From assembly GCF_004010195.1 (NCBI RefSeq), contig NC_057735.1, forward strand, positions 23,233,122-23,297,121: a stretch of 64,000 bases of DNA, written 5' to 3'. Under the pieces are notes generated by a model. That model made no database searches and had not been told where the DNA came from. It saw only the letters and a program-made list of their open reading frames with translations. Made by a program: the position numbers and the translations under genes. The DNA comes from Chiloscyllium plagiosum. Its lineage: Eukaryota. Below, piece after piece: positions 37,946-50,827 of this stretch; position 1 is the stretch's first letter; every line of letters begins with the position of its first letter.

Positions 37946-39287
37946 ATACCTGATTTTTCATTGTAAGTGTGATTTATTCAGCTGTCTGTGCAAGTAGTGG
38001 GGGAAGGTTTAGTTGCTGATGAACCAGAGCCACAGTGAGGTGTATGAATGAAGATTTGACTGGCAATATGTAGCCGATTGATCTGTAAATGAAAACTAGT
38101 TATTGATGACAAAGACTTTCTGCCTGCCAACAACTACGTAAGTGCCTCCCAGGTGATTGAACAGCCTGAGGTTGTGAAAGTTTTTGGAAACATCTGACTT
38201 CTAGAAGGGAAGAAGCTGTATATGCTCTGCAGTGAAAAGCATCTCAGGACTGAGGGTAGACAGCTCATTTACCTTCAGTGGTTGTTGCAATCTGTTCATT
38301 TTAATTAGTAAGTCAGACACTTTATAAATATGCCTTTCACAAGTAAGTGATAGTACCTGGAACAGGAAGATCAAGGTGCAGTGTCATGACAAGTCGAATG
38401 GATTATTGCAGTGAACCCTGTAGGCAGGGATCAAGGAACTGCCTTCCCCATTTTCTCACCAACTTTATTTTGTGTCTGTCTGGATGTGTGCAGAGAGAGT
38501 TCTGTAGGTGGGTTAGAGTTTTGACGAGTGGACTAATATATTGATGGTTCAAACTGTTTACCTGTAGCTACAATACATTTAATTGACATACATAATAATT
38601 CTTGTTAAGTATATAACTTATTCAGTGTTTTCTGGACCTAAAAGACAAGCAGATTGGGGAATTCTGCATACTTTTTGAAATCTCTGTAGAATGGGAGAAA
38701 GATCCCCTTATCTCAGTCTCTTGAAGGACTAAGCACCTGGTGCTGAAACAACCTTAAGATGAACATCCAAACACTAAGGACATAAACAGATCTGAACGAT
38801 TCACTTTGACTGATGGTACAAGATATCAATTAAGCAACTCAGATCCAAACCTTTCCATCTCATAGACACTGAAGGTGTTTAAGCTGAACATTCCTTTCAC
38901 TTTCCTTTCATGATGGATGCTACCCTTTTTTAATGTTGGTCTCATATGCATGCACGTTGCATATTACTTGTTTTTCTCAGAACTAGCAAATAATAAAGTA
39001 GTTATTCCTTTCATTCAACAATCTTGTAATTGTCTCCTTACTGTTATTGTAAACATTGGGTAACTACACTTTTATCAGAGGTATATCCTCATGCCAAAAA
39101 GAACATAAATCTTTGCGTAGGAAGTTAAAAAGGCGGAAGCACATTTACTCCTCCTCACCAGGTTGTAACAGCTCTGATCGAGTCATTTCTGGAGGAGGTA
39201 AATACAGCAACAAAATTCATTTTCCAGTGGTTAAAGCACTTAATTTACAAAAGAAACAATGGAAAGATGAGTCATAGAGTCATAGAG

Positions 39288-39363
39288 GGTGGGTCTTCGG
39301 AGGGTCGGTGTGGACTTGTTGGGCCGAAGGGCCTGTTTCCACACTGTAGGGAATCTAATCTAA
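39288..39363 (+). mobile_element. 5'-truncated HE1 SINE / CR1-tail fragment inserted in the CR1 3' end
   Basis: GGGTCGGTGTGGACTTGTTGGGCCGAAGGGCCTGTTTCCACACTGTA matches 44639-44685; AATCT tail. Confidence 0.8.
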
Positions 39364-41292
39364 AACAAAAGGTGTACAGCATGGAAACAGACCCTTTGGT
39401 CCAACTTGTCCATGCCAACCAGAATCCCAATCTAATCTAGTCTGATTTGCCATCACTTGGCCCATATCCCTCTAAACCCTTCCAATTCATCTATCCATCC
39501 AGATGCCTTTTAAATGTTAGAATTGCATCAGCCTCCACTACTTCCTGTGGCAGCTCATTCCATACGTGCACCACCATTTGCATGAAAAAGTTGCCCCTCA
39601 TATCCCTTTTATATCTTTCCGTGCTTACCCTAAACCTATGCTCTCGAATTCTGGACTCCCCCAACCAAGGGAAAAATACCCTATCCATGCCCCTCATGAT
39701 TTTATAAACCTCTATAAGGTCACCCCTCAGCCTCTGATGCTCCAGGGAAAACAGCCCCAGTCTATTTAGCCTCTCCTTTTAGCTCAAATCCTCCAACCCT
39801 GGCAACATACTTGTAAATCTTTGCTGAACCCTTTCAAGTTTCACAGCATCCTTCCAATAGAAAGGAGACCAGAATTGCATGCAATGTTCTAAAAGTGACC
39901 TAACTAACATCCTATGCAGCTGCAACGTGACCTCACTATACTCAATACTCTGACAAATAAAGGAAAGCATACCAAACGCCTTCTTCACTATCTTATCTAC
40001 CTGCGACTTTACTTTCAAGGAGTTATGAATCTGCACTCCAAGGTCTCTTCGTTCAGCGTAACACTCCCTAGGACCTTACCATTAAGTGTATAAATCCTCC
40101 TCTGATTTGCTTTTCCAAAATGCAGCACCTCGTATTTATCTACATTAAACTCCATCTGTTACTCCTCAGTCCATTGGCCCATCTGGTCAAGATCCTGTTG
40201 TAATCTGAAGTAACCTTCTTCACTGCCCTCTACACCTCCAATTTTAGTGCCATCTGCAAACTTACTAACTATGCCTCCATATGCTTACATCTAAATCATT
40301 ATATAAATGACAAAAAGTAGTGGGCCCAGTATCACTCCTTATCGCACTCCACTGGTCACAGGCCTTCAGTCTGAAAGGACACCCTCCCCCACCACCCTCT
40401 GTATTTTACCTTCGAGACAGTTCTGTATTCAAATGGCTAGTTCTCCTTGTATTCCATGAGATCTAAACTTGCTAACCAGTTTCCCACGGGGAATGTTGTC
40501 GAACACCTTACTGAAGTCCATATAGATAACATCCACCGCTCTGCCCTCATCAATCCTCTTTGATACTTCTTCAAAAAACTCAATCAAATTTGTTAGACAT
40601 GATTTCTCACGCACAAAGCCATGCTGACTATCCCTAATCAGTCCTTGCCTTTCCAAATACATGTAAATCCTGTCCCTCAGGATTCCCTCCAACAACCTGC
40701 CCACCACCAAGGTCAGGCTCACTGGTCTATAGTTCCCTGACTTGTCCTTACCACCTTTCTTAAATAGTGGTACCATATTAGCCAATCTCCAGTCTTCTGG
40801 CACCTCACCTGTGACAATCGATGATACAAATATCTCAGTAAGGGGCCCAGCAATCACTTCCCTAGCTTCCCACAGAGTTCTGGGGTACACCTGGTCAGGT
40901 CCTGGGGATTTATCCACTTTTATGCATTTCAAAACATCCAGCATCTCCTCCTTTGTAATATGGATATTTTTCAAGATGTTACCATCTATTTCCCCACATT
41001 CTATATCTTCCACTGTGAGCACTGATGCAAAATACTCGTTTAGTATCTCCCCCATCTCCTGCAGTTCCGCACAAAGGTGGCCTTGCTGATCTTTGAGGGC
41101 CCCTATTCTCTCCCTAGTTACCCTTTTGTCATTAATGTATTTGTAAAAACCCTTTGGTACTCCTTAACCCGATTTGTCAAAGCTATCTCATGTGCCCTTT
41201 CTGTCCTCCTGATTTCCCTTTTAAGTATACTCCTACTGCCTTGATACCCTTTGAAGGATTCATTTGATCTATCTTGTCAATACCCTGACATA

Positions 41293-42696
41293 CTTGAAAA
41301 ATGTGTTGCTGGAAAAACACAGCGGGCCAGGCAGTATCTGAGAGCAGGAGAATCGACGTTTCGGGCATAAGCCCTCCTTCAGGAATGAGGCTGGTGTGCC
41401 AAGTGTGCTGAGATAAAAGGTAGGGGGGAAGGAATTTGGGGAAGGGGCGCTGGGAATACGATAGGTGGAAGGAGGTTCAGGTGAGGGTGATAGGCCGGAG
41501 AGGGGGTGGGGAAGAAGATTGCAGGTCAAGAAGGCGGTGCTGAGTCCGAGGGTGGAGACTGAGATAAGGTGGGGGGAGGGGGGAAATGAGGAAGCTGGAG
41601 AAATCTACTTTCATCCCGTGTGGTTGGAGGGTTCCTAGGCAGAAGAGGAGGTGCTCTTCCTCCAGGCGTCATGTTGCCATTGTCTGGCGATGGAGGAGGC
41701 CAAGGACCTGCATGTCCTTGATGGAGTGGGAGAGGGAGTTAAAGTGTTCAGCCACGGGGCAGTTGGGTTGGTTGGTGTGGGTGTGCCAGAGGTGTTCTCT
41801 GAAACGTTCAGCAAGTAGGCGGCCTGTCTCCCCAGTGTAGAGGAGACCACATTGGATGCAGCGGATACAGTAAATGATGTGTGTGGAGGTGCAGGTGAAT
41901 TTGTGACGGATATGGAAGGATCCATTGGGGCCTTGGAGGGAGGTGAGGGGGGAGGTGTGGGTGCACGTTTTGCACTTCTTGTGGTTGCAGAGGAAGGTGC
42001 CGGGAGTGGAGGTTGGGTTGGTGGGGGGTGTGGACTTGACGAGGGAGTCGTAGAGGGAGTGGTCTCTCCTGAATGCTGATAGGGGTGGAGTGGGAAATAT
42101 ATCCCTGGTGGTAGGGTCTGTCTGGAGGTGGGGGAAATGACGGAGGATGATACGATGTATCTGGAGGTTGGTGGGGTGGAAGGTGAGGACCAGTGGGGTT
42201 CTGTCCTGGTGGCGATTGGAAGGGTGGGGTTCAAAGGCAGAGGTGCGGGAATTGGAGGAGATGCAGTGGAGAGCATCGTCGACCATGTCGGAGGGGAAAT
42301 TGTGGTCTTTGAAGAAGGAGGCCATTTGAGTTGTTTGGTATTGGAATTGGTCCTCCTGGGAGCAGATGCGGCGGAGGCGGAGAAATTGGGAATATGGGAT
42401 GGCGTTTTTACAGGGGGCAGGGTGGGAGGATGTATAATCTAGGTAGCTGTGGGAGTCAGTTGATTTGTAGTAAATGTCTGTGTTGAGTCGGTCGCCCAAG
42501 ATAGAAATGGAGAGGCCTAGGAAGGGGAGGGAGGAGTCTGAGACGGTCCAGGTAAATTTGAGGTCAGGGTGGAAGGTATTAGTAAAGTGGATGAACTGTT
42601 CAACCTCCTCGTGGGAGCACGAGGTAGCGCCAATACAATCATTGATGTAGCGGAGGAAAAGGTGGGGGGGGTGGTGCCAGTGTAGCTGCAGAAAAA
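41293..42696 (-). mobile_element. Penelope-like element (RT C-terminal part, GIY-YIG and pLTR) nested in CR1
   Basis: ORF 41669-42499: YYKSTDSHSYL, CNHKKCKTC, IIYCIRC...YTGETGR. Hammerhead variant at 41355-41382. TSD CCTGACATA at 41284-41292 and 42697-42705. Confidence 0.95.
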
Positions 42697-43621
42697 CCTG
42701 ACATATGCTTCCTTCTTTTTCTTAACCAACCCTCAATTTCTTTAGTCATCTAGCATTCTCTAAACCTAAAAGTGTTTCCTTTCACCCTAACAGGAATATA
42801 CTATCCCTGGACTCTCGTTATCTCATTTCTGAAGGCTTCCCATTTTCCAGCCATCCCTTTACCTGCCATCTGTGCCCAATCAGCTTTTGAAAGTTCTTGC
42901 CTTATACTGTCAACATTAGCCTTCCTCCAGTTTAAACTTCAACTTTTGGATCCAGTCTATCCTTTTCCATCACTATTTTAAAACAAATAGAATTATGATT
43001 GCTGGCCCCAAAGTGCTCCCCCACTGACACCTCAGTTACCTGCCTTGCCTTATTTCCCAAGAGTAGGTCAGGTTTTGCACCTTCTCTGGTATGTGCATTC
43101 GCATACTGAATCAGAAAATTTTCTTGTACACACTTAACAAATTCCCTCCATCTAAACCCTTAACACTACGGCAGTCCTATTCTTTATTTGGAAAGTTAAA
43201 ATCCCCTACCGTAACCACCCTATTATTCTTACAGATAACTGAAATCTCCGTACAAATTTGTGTCTCAACTTCCCACTGACTATTATTGGGTTTATAATAC
43301 AACCCCAATTAAGTGATCATCCCTTTCTTATTTCTCAGTTCTACCCAAATAACTTCCCTGATGTATTTCTGGGAATATCCTCCCTAGGTACAGCTATAAT
43401 ACTATCCTTTATCAAAAACACCACCCCTCCTCTCTTGCCTCCCTTTCTATCCTTCCTATAGCATTTGTATCCTGGAACATTAAGCTGCCAGTCCTGCCCA
43501 TCCCTGAGCCATGTTTTTGTAATTGCTGTGGGGATATCCCAGTCCCATGTTCCTAACCATGCCCTGAGTTCATCTGTCTTCCCTGTTAGCCCCCTTGCAT
43601 TGAAATAAATGCAGTTTAATT

Positions 43622-44132
43622 TGGAGAAGCTTTTTCACACAATCTGAAATGTGATATGAAAGTATGCTGGAGGCAGGTTTAATCAAGAAATTCATGAGGG
43701 AATTAGTGTATTATCTGAAAAGAATTTGCAAGATTGTGGAGAGAAGGCATTGGAAGGACAGAAAATACATTTCTCCTTTGAAGAGAAAGCACAGACAGAA
43801 AAACTCTGCCAAAGTTAAAAATCACGTAATACCAGGTTGTAGTCCAACAGTTTGGAAGTACTAGCTTTCAAAGCGCTGCTCCTTCATCAGATTTTAGTTT
43901 CAATTGCATGACACTGTCATCTTTTGCTATAAATTCTATGTCTTATGATCCTACTCCACAGCTACCTGATGAATAAGCAGCGCTTCAAAATTTAGTGCTT
44001 CCAAAAATTTAGTGTTGGGCTATAACCTGGTGTTGTGTGATTTTTAACTTTGTCCACCCCAGTCCAACACCGGTTCCTCCACATCAGAAACAGGCTGAAC
44101 AGCCTCCTCTCCCATAACAATTCTGTGATTCT
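43622..44132 (+). mobile_element. Old CR1 3' end split by a Penelope-type cassette
   Basis: The CR1-like C-terminus at 43622-43800 resumes at ~44086 with GGCTGAACAGCCTCCT...TTCTGTGATTCT. Confidence 0.45.
43811..44085. mobile_element. Second-family Penelope-type cassette with inverted pLTRs and hammerhead motifs
   Basis: AAAGTTAAAAATCAC... (43811) is the reverse complement of ...GTGATTTTTAACTTT (~44037-44051). Cores: CTGATGAAGGAGCAGCGCTTTGAAAGC (-, 43864-43890) and a degenerate one (+, 43966). Confidence 0.75.
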
Positions 44133-44387
44133 GTTACTTTCGGCTGTCTTCTGTTCCATTCTCCTGCCAAGTTAATTTGAAGTTTCAGTAAAGGAAGACT
44201 ATACTTATGTGTTGAAGCAAATTTCTGACTTTATAAATTTGCTTTGCTGATGAAGGTTTTTGTCATCAAAGGGACTATAACCAATAGTCGATAAGTTGGA
44301 TGGCCTTCAGTCATTCAAGAAGGCACTTCCAGGGTAATTAGGGATGGGCAACCCATGAATGAATAAATAAAATTTAACATAACAGTG

Positions 44388-44745
44388 GGCGGCACGGTGG
44401 CACAGTGGTTAGCACTGCTGCCTCACAGCGCTTGAGACCCGGGTTCAGTTCCCGCCTCAGGCGACTGACTGTGTGGAGTTTGCACGTTCTCCCCGTGTCT
44501 GCGTGGGTTTCCTCCGGGTGCTCCGGTTTCCTCCCACAGTCCAAAAGATGTGCAGGGTCAGGTGAATTGGCCATGCTAAATTGCCCGTAGTGTTAGGTAA
44601 GGGGTAAATGTAGGGGTATGGGTGGGTTTCGCTTCGGCGGGTCGGTGTGGACTTGTTGGGCCGAAGGGCCTGTTTCCACACTGTAATGTAATCTAATCTA
44701 ATGTAATCTAATGTAATCTAATGTAATCTAATGTAATGTAATCTA
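44388..44745 (+). mobile_element. HE1-type V-SINE, full length and young, 9-bp TSD
   Basis: A box TGGCACAGTGG, B box GGTTCAGTTCC, V-domain, CR1-type tail and (AATGT/AATCT)n microsatellite. TSD ATAACAGTG at 44379-44387 and 44746-44754. CpGs are retained. Confidence 0.95.
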
Positions 44746-45959
44746 ATAACAGTGTATGTTTTTCACCAATGACAAAGTGCATCAAGGTTTGGAAAAAGAA
44801 TATGTTGCATAGCTTAAATCAGGATATAATATTTATAGATGCTTCTATTTGTAATGCAGCAATCATATTTTTGCAGGGCAACTTTTACAGAATGGATCAA
44901 CATTAAAATTTTCCATGAGGCTATCATTGGAGGGACTGTCACTTAACTTTGCCTCTGAAATACTGACCAGGCAAATTTTTACAGGATTGCAAGCATCTGT
45001 GATCTGTATATGGTGGCAGACAGCTATACAAAACATTGATGACTCGAACTAGGGAGGTAACAAACATTAAATAAAAAGATTTTGGCTGTATTGAAGCAAG
45101 ATTAAACCATTCTGGATGGAAGTAATTTGCTGAGCCTTGAATTCCTGAAATATTCCATCTTTTGGAAATACATGATAAGTTGAGTGGAGAGGAAAATTGT
45201 GCTTTGGGGAACAATACCTGACTTCTGTCGCTGATTTATTCAATTTTTTTATATATGTAATCAAGTTAGTGCAATGAAAAATCCTGAGTAAAATGTACAA
45301 TCTACCAGGACTGCTTGATAGTCTGACTGTTTTTCTTCCTTATCCTTTGAATACTGGCTGAATAATAATGATTCTCTCCTCAGCTGAAGATCCTGGCTTG
45401 ATGTGATATTTATTAAGTTGACATTTTAAACTATCGCGCTGACTGTAATAATTTTTAATGTTTTTTTCAAATTTCTGTGTTATTGTTAAAGAAATCATAT
45501 TCTAATGGTTGATAAAGTTTAAGTTCATTTGCAGTTGTTGAGCTGATCTGTTTGGTTTCAGGTTACGATGCACTGAATTGTTTAATTTACTAATGTGAAT
45601 GATACTGAACTTGCAAAAGTCTTAAATCATGTGTTGTCATTTAGGCAGTAAATGAGTGCTGACATTGTGATTTATCACACCAATACTCTCAACAACTGTA
45701 TGATGAATAATCCTGTCAAGTAAGCTTTGTAACTTTACAATGAACTGACCTTTAGTTAATTAAAGATTTTAATTGTGTAATTGTCCATACACAATTAGGC
45801 TGGAAAATAACCAGTAGACTAAAATTCATGAAAAGTAAACACAATACTCTTCATTATCATTCACCATCAGATACGTTATTCAGTGTTAGCTAACCAATCC
45901 TCCATTCAAGCTAATTTGTTAACCCCCTGAATATGAGCTCTTACTTCGTTTATATCCTT

Positions 45960-46385
45960 TGATCTGGCACCTCATCAAATTCCTTGCACAAATCCAGTAC
46001 ACCAGTTGTATAAGTTTCCCTTTATCTAGGTTGCTTGTAATTAGAGTCATAATTTCTCAAAAAAATTTCAATAAATTAGATAAACTTGTTGACTCTTTCA
46101 CATAGTCACGTTGACTCTGCCTTATTGCATTAAGCTTTTCAAAGTGCTCGGCCATAACCTCATTAATAACGAATTTAGTGTAGCATTTTCCCAACAACTA
46201 AAAGGCCTGCAGTTTCCTGCATTCTCAGCCCTCTTTTTTTTTGAATAAAGGATTTATGTTTGCTGTTTTCACATATGGGAACATTCCAGAATAAAGGAAG
46301 TTATGCAAACTTACAATCAATGGATTTAACATCACTGCTTTTAAGACCCTAGGATACATCAGGTCCTGAGGACCTGTCAACTTTT
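45960..46385 (-). mobile_element. Highly decayed CR1 RT fragment
   Basis: Minus-strand remnants DRSSGPD...RVLK and LVYWIC...FDEVP. Confidence 0.5.
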
Positions 46386-46414
46386 AGTTCAAGTAATTTT
46401 TGCTGTAGACTGGA

Positions 46415-46712
46415 ATCATAGAAAATAGGAGTAAGAGTATACCATTCGGCCCTTTGAGTCTGCTCCACCATTCATTATGATCATGGATGATCATCCAACT
46501 CAACAGCTCGTTCCTGCTTTCTCCCATGTCCTTTGATCCCTTCAGCACCAAGTGCTGTATCGAACTCCTTCTTGAAGTCACGCAATGTTTTGGCATTGAA
46601 TGCTTTCAGTAGGAGCAAATTCCACAGGCTCAGAAACTCTGGGTGAAGAAATTTCTCCTCATCTTAACTCTAAATGGTTTAACCCATCTCCTTAGACTGT
46701 GACCCCTGATTT
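46415..46712 (-). mobile_element. CR1 3' end fragment
   Basis: Minus strand MRRNFFTQ...LWNLL and the CR1 3'UTR. Confidence 0.8.
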
Positions 46713-48614
46713 CTGCTTACACAGAGCTTTTCATGCCAAGTGGAAAACAGCTCTGTGACATCACCATAAGGTTCGTCCCGGATCCTAAAGCACCTACAAA
46801 AGAAGTACAAAAAGGGTTATTGACATACTGCAACTTTCAGTGTCTGTGCTCCAATTTTAGCTGTGCCCTTAGTTATGCTGTTCTACTGTAGCTACAGCAT
46901 TGACATCTACCCAACAAAATAGAAAATTGTCCTGGTGTATTTTTTCCAAAGAAAAATATGACAGATCCAATATGGTCAGTCATTGTCCCATCAACTACTG
47001 TGTAGTCTTGCCAGGACTAGACACCTCCACAGCTCATTACAACTTGGTCCAAACGTGTGGAAGAACTGACTTCTCGGGTGAGGTGAGATTGGCTGCCCTT
47101 AGTTGGTGTCAAAGTAGTGTTAGCCAAAAATATATTAAATGAAATTGTTTCAGAAAAACTGAAGCCACCATGTAAAACTTTTAAAGAAGGCGTTAAAGGA
47201 CAAAATAAAAGATAGAGACAAACATACAATTGTAAGACCTGTAGGTTCTGGAACTTTTATTTTGTAATAAATTTTGTTTAGACCATTGGAATTTTCATAA
47301 CCGAGGAGAAAAAAACAGATATTTAAGACTTTTTACAGGTGATTGAGTAATACAGTTGATTTTTCACCAAAGCAGGACAGTGACTGTTGATCCAGGTTTT
47401 TCTATAAGAAGATGTTATCTTAGTGCAGCAGGTTGACACAGAGGCTTACCACTCTAATAGGGAGCCATACAGAAGACTTTAGATAGTGCATTGTTATACC
47501 AACAGGTTGCTCAACGACACATCCCATTTGCAGCAGTGGATGAAATAAGACATTTTTTCTCCCTTTTCCTCTCTTGCTTATAGCTGTTCTACAAGGAGTG
47601 CTGCATTTATGTCTGCCTGTGTTATACCATCCTCATGTATCTGCTGTAACTGATCCATAACCACCATGTGATGTCTGTCATCCTTCCATACATAGGTCAG
47701 CCCCTCATTCTATTGCTTTCTCCTTTGTTCCCTAAAAGAGATCTCTGGAAGTTAAAGTGGAGAGCAGCAATAAGAGAAGTTGATCTTGAGAAATAGTCTT
47801 ATTGACATGAAAGGAATCATAAAGCTATTTATGTCACAGAGGATGTTGCTTGCGTTGTGTCCATGCTGGCTTATTTTAAGCAAGATGTATTGAAGTCAGG
47901 AACAAAGAAAAATGCACTGACAGATGTAAAGTTATTAATGGAAGCCCTGCATTTATTTAATAAATTAGTTAATAATAATTTAGGAATAAGAGTTGATCAG
48001 CAAGATAGAATTATGGGGATGTTTTATAAATCAATCTTAAAGCTATGAATTATGCAACTTGAATAATTTGTAAATACCAATCTGTTTTCTATTTGAGACC
48101 CTAAGACATTCCATTGTTTTGCTTTTACTGGCAAATTACTTATTTACCTGATGCAACTGATGGAAATTTAATTCTCCGGGAGTTGCACAAATATTTGGGT
48201 TCAGTCATATGTGGCATTATATTACTTTTGATTAAGTCATGTAAAACCCCATGAGATAAAGAGCTTGCTGGCCATTGAATATGGCTTGGCTGGGAGACAA
48301 ACATTCATACTGTGAGCTGGCTGCTGCCTCTGACAATCTCTGCAAGTTTGCAAGAGGGTTCAAACAGGAACAAATTCAGAGAATCAGATTTTCTATGCTT
48401 CTATTCAGAATGTTTGTTGAATGTTGCTGGAGTTTCAGCTTTTTCCATGGTGACTGTGTAGGCAGGAAATCAACTGTCCAAAATACAGATGACTTAGGGT
48501 TGGGAATTCTTAAATAAATGTTCTTTAGAAAAGGTAAAATGAAAACAAAAATCACAAAACTGAAGGGATTTGATTTTGTTTGTAGACTACTGTTGAGCCT
48601 CTAAGTTATAACTG

Positions 48615-49850
48615 GAAATTTAGAAAAGAATAGTAAAATTGGACAGAGCCATAAATAATGAAAGGAAAATGATATTTTCGAGGCTGTTATTTGTAGCATC
48701 AACATGATAGAACCAGTGGATGCAATGTATTTAGGTTTTTGGAAAGACTTTTGATAATGTCCCACAAAGAAAGGTAATAAATTTAACTAGTATGCATGAG
48801 ATTGGAATGTAGTGGTATGGATTGAGAACTGGTTAACAAACACAAAACAATGGGTAGAATAAACAGATCATGGTCAGAGTTCTGAGGAAGGGTCACTTGA
48901 CCCGAAATATTAACTCTGATTTCTCTCCACAGGTACTGCCAGACCTGCTGACCTTTTCAGCAATTTCTGTTTTTGTTTCTGATATACAGCATCTGTGTTT
49001 TATTTTGGTTTTTAAATCACAGAATAGCAGGATGTTACTATTGGGGTCAAATGAGGGTGAAGCTAGATCCACAACTGTTCACAATCTACATAAACGTTTG
49101 AATATGGGATCCATTTGCAATATTGCCAAATTCGTTGATGACACCAAATTAGGTGAGCATATAGAATGCGAAGCTAATGCAAGGAGACTTCAAAGGAATT
49201 TTGACAGGCTAAGTGAATGAGTTGGATCATGTCATGTGGAAAATAATATGAATAAGTGTAAAGTTATTCACTTTAGTGGAAAAAAAGAGGATATTCCTTA
49301 TATAGTGAAAGGCTAGGAAATACACTTGTCCTAAAGAATTTGAGTGTCCTTGTCTATGACTCCCTCAAAGCTGGTTTGCAGTTCCAGCAAGTAATTAGAA
49401 AGGCAAATTGTATGTTGGCACTCATTTCACAGGGATTTGATTATAGAAGTAATTATGTCATGCCACAGTTATGAAGTGCCTTGGTGAGACAACACCTAGA
49501 TATTATGTGTAGCTTTAGTCTCCTGGTCTAACTAAGGATATAATTATGATAGAGGTAGTTCAATGGATGTTCACCAGATGAATCTCTGGAATGGCAGAAT
49601 TGCCTTATAGGAGAAATGGATGAAAGTGGACCTATATCTGTTAGGAGTTTGAAGAATGAAAGATGATTTCATTGAAACTTAGAAAATTCATATGAGGGGC
49701 AGTGGACCGTGACAGGGTGGATTTAGATAGCATGTTTACCCTTCTTAATGATTCTAAAACCAGAGACATAATCTCAGGATAGGAGATGGACCTTTTGGGG
49801 TGGAGATGAGGAGAAATTTCTTCATTCAGAGGGTGGTGAATTGATAGAAT
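48615..49850 (+). mobile_element. Old CR1 RT/C-terminal fragment containing a Penelope pLTR
   Basis: WIENWLT, IAKFVDDTKLG, RRLQRNFDRLSE and MRRNFFIQRVV motifs. Confidence 0.8.
48872..49012 (+). mobile_element. Solo Penelope pLTR (third family) with a hammerhead motif at 48882-48907
   Basis: CTGAGGA-A-GGGTC-ACTT-GACCC-GAAA (perfect 5-bp stem II), followed by TGCCAGACCTGCTGA...CAGCATCTG. Confidence 0.75.
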
Positions 49851-50221
49851 TAAAATATTTCTTATACAAAATTTTGTTCATGTAACTTCTATGAACTATG
49901 ACTTTGGGACCAACAATCAAAAACAAGATATTTTACTTAAAAATGAATATGATTTGTTGTGTTAGCTTTTACTAGCATTGAACAACAAACCTTCCTATTT
50001 ATCTAGAATACACTTGTAATGGTTAAATAGTGGACACTCTATATCAGTTACAGAGTGGACTTTGCCCTACAATCCTGCACGACATCAGATAATGATACAT
50101 AAGTAATTTTGAAATTTACTTCTAGTCCTATGAATCAGAAGTATGGTCGTATTAGCAACAGTATTGCTGAGAAGGGTTTGAGAATGAAATTCTAGACATT
50201 GTAATTAGGAGGAATTCATGC

Positions 50222-50665
50222 AAAACTAGTTCACCAGACTAATTGCTAGGATGAAGAGATTATCCTATGAGGACAGTTTGGGGATGGACCTAAATTCCCT
50301 ACAATTTAGAAAAATAAGAGGCAATCTCACTGAATCATTTTTTAAAGGGCTACTGGAAAAATGCTTGGGAAGCGTCAAAAACGGGGATCACTGTCTCAGT
50401 ATGAAGGATCAGTCATTTAATAATGTGATGAGGGGAATTATATTTACTTAAAGAGTTGTGAATTGGAATTCTTTATCCTAGAAGGCTGTTGATGTTCACT
50501 TGTTGCATATATTTATAAGAAAGAATAATACAACACTGGTGATTAAGGGCCTGGAGAATTATAGGGAAAGGAGGGGAAAGTTGATTTGAGGTAGAAAATC
50601 AGCCATGACCTTACCAAATGATGAAACATGGTCTCAAGGCTGAATACCCTACTCCTGCTTATAAT
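50222..50665 (+). mobile_element. Old CR1 3' fragment
   Basis: FTRLIARMKRLSYED...FRKIRGNLTE and a decayed 3'UTR. Confidence 0.7.
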
Positions 50666-50827
50666 TCTCAATTTCATATTGTCTTTATGTACAATTGCAT
50701 TGGAATTGACTACAATGATTTCTAACAAACAAATTAGTTAACCAATTTTCATTGCTGAATATTCGAGATGAACAACTTTTGTGAAGAATGGCTGGCTTAG
50801 TTGAACACCTCACTCTCTATCTTGGAA

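Larger units (their letters stand above)
39269..43621 (-). mobile_element. CR1 LINE: essentially complete ORF2 region and 3'UTR, disrupted by a Penelope insertion and an HE1 fragment
   Basis: Endonuclease start at 43621; ORF 40429-41055 has KSPGPDQVYPR, NYRPVSLT and YMDFSKVFD; 39779-40036 and 39491-39697 are the C-terminus; (CTCTATGA)n tail at 39269-39287. Confidence 0.95.

Noticed and set aside
36101-42442. Pro/Thr-rich and Gly/Glu-rich ORFs (e.g. 41635-42276, 36825-37298)
   Set aside because: Alternative-frame or antisense readings of the C-rich Penelope coding strand.
44388-44460. tRNA-like sequence with A/B boxes (also at ~2720-2794 and ~28900-28974)
   Set aside because: These are SINE heads continuous with the V-domain and LINE tail, not tRNA genes.
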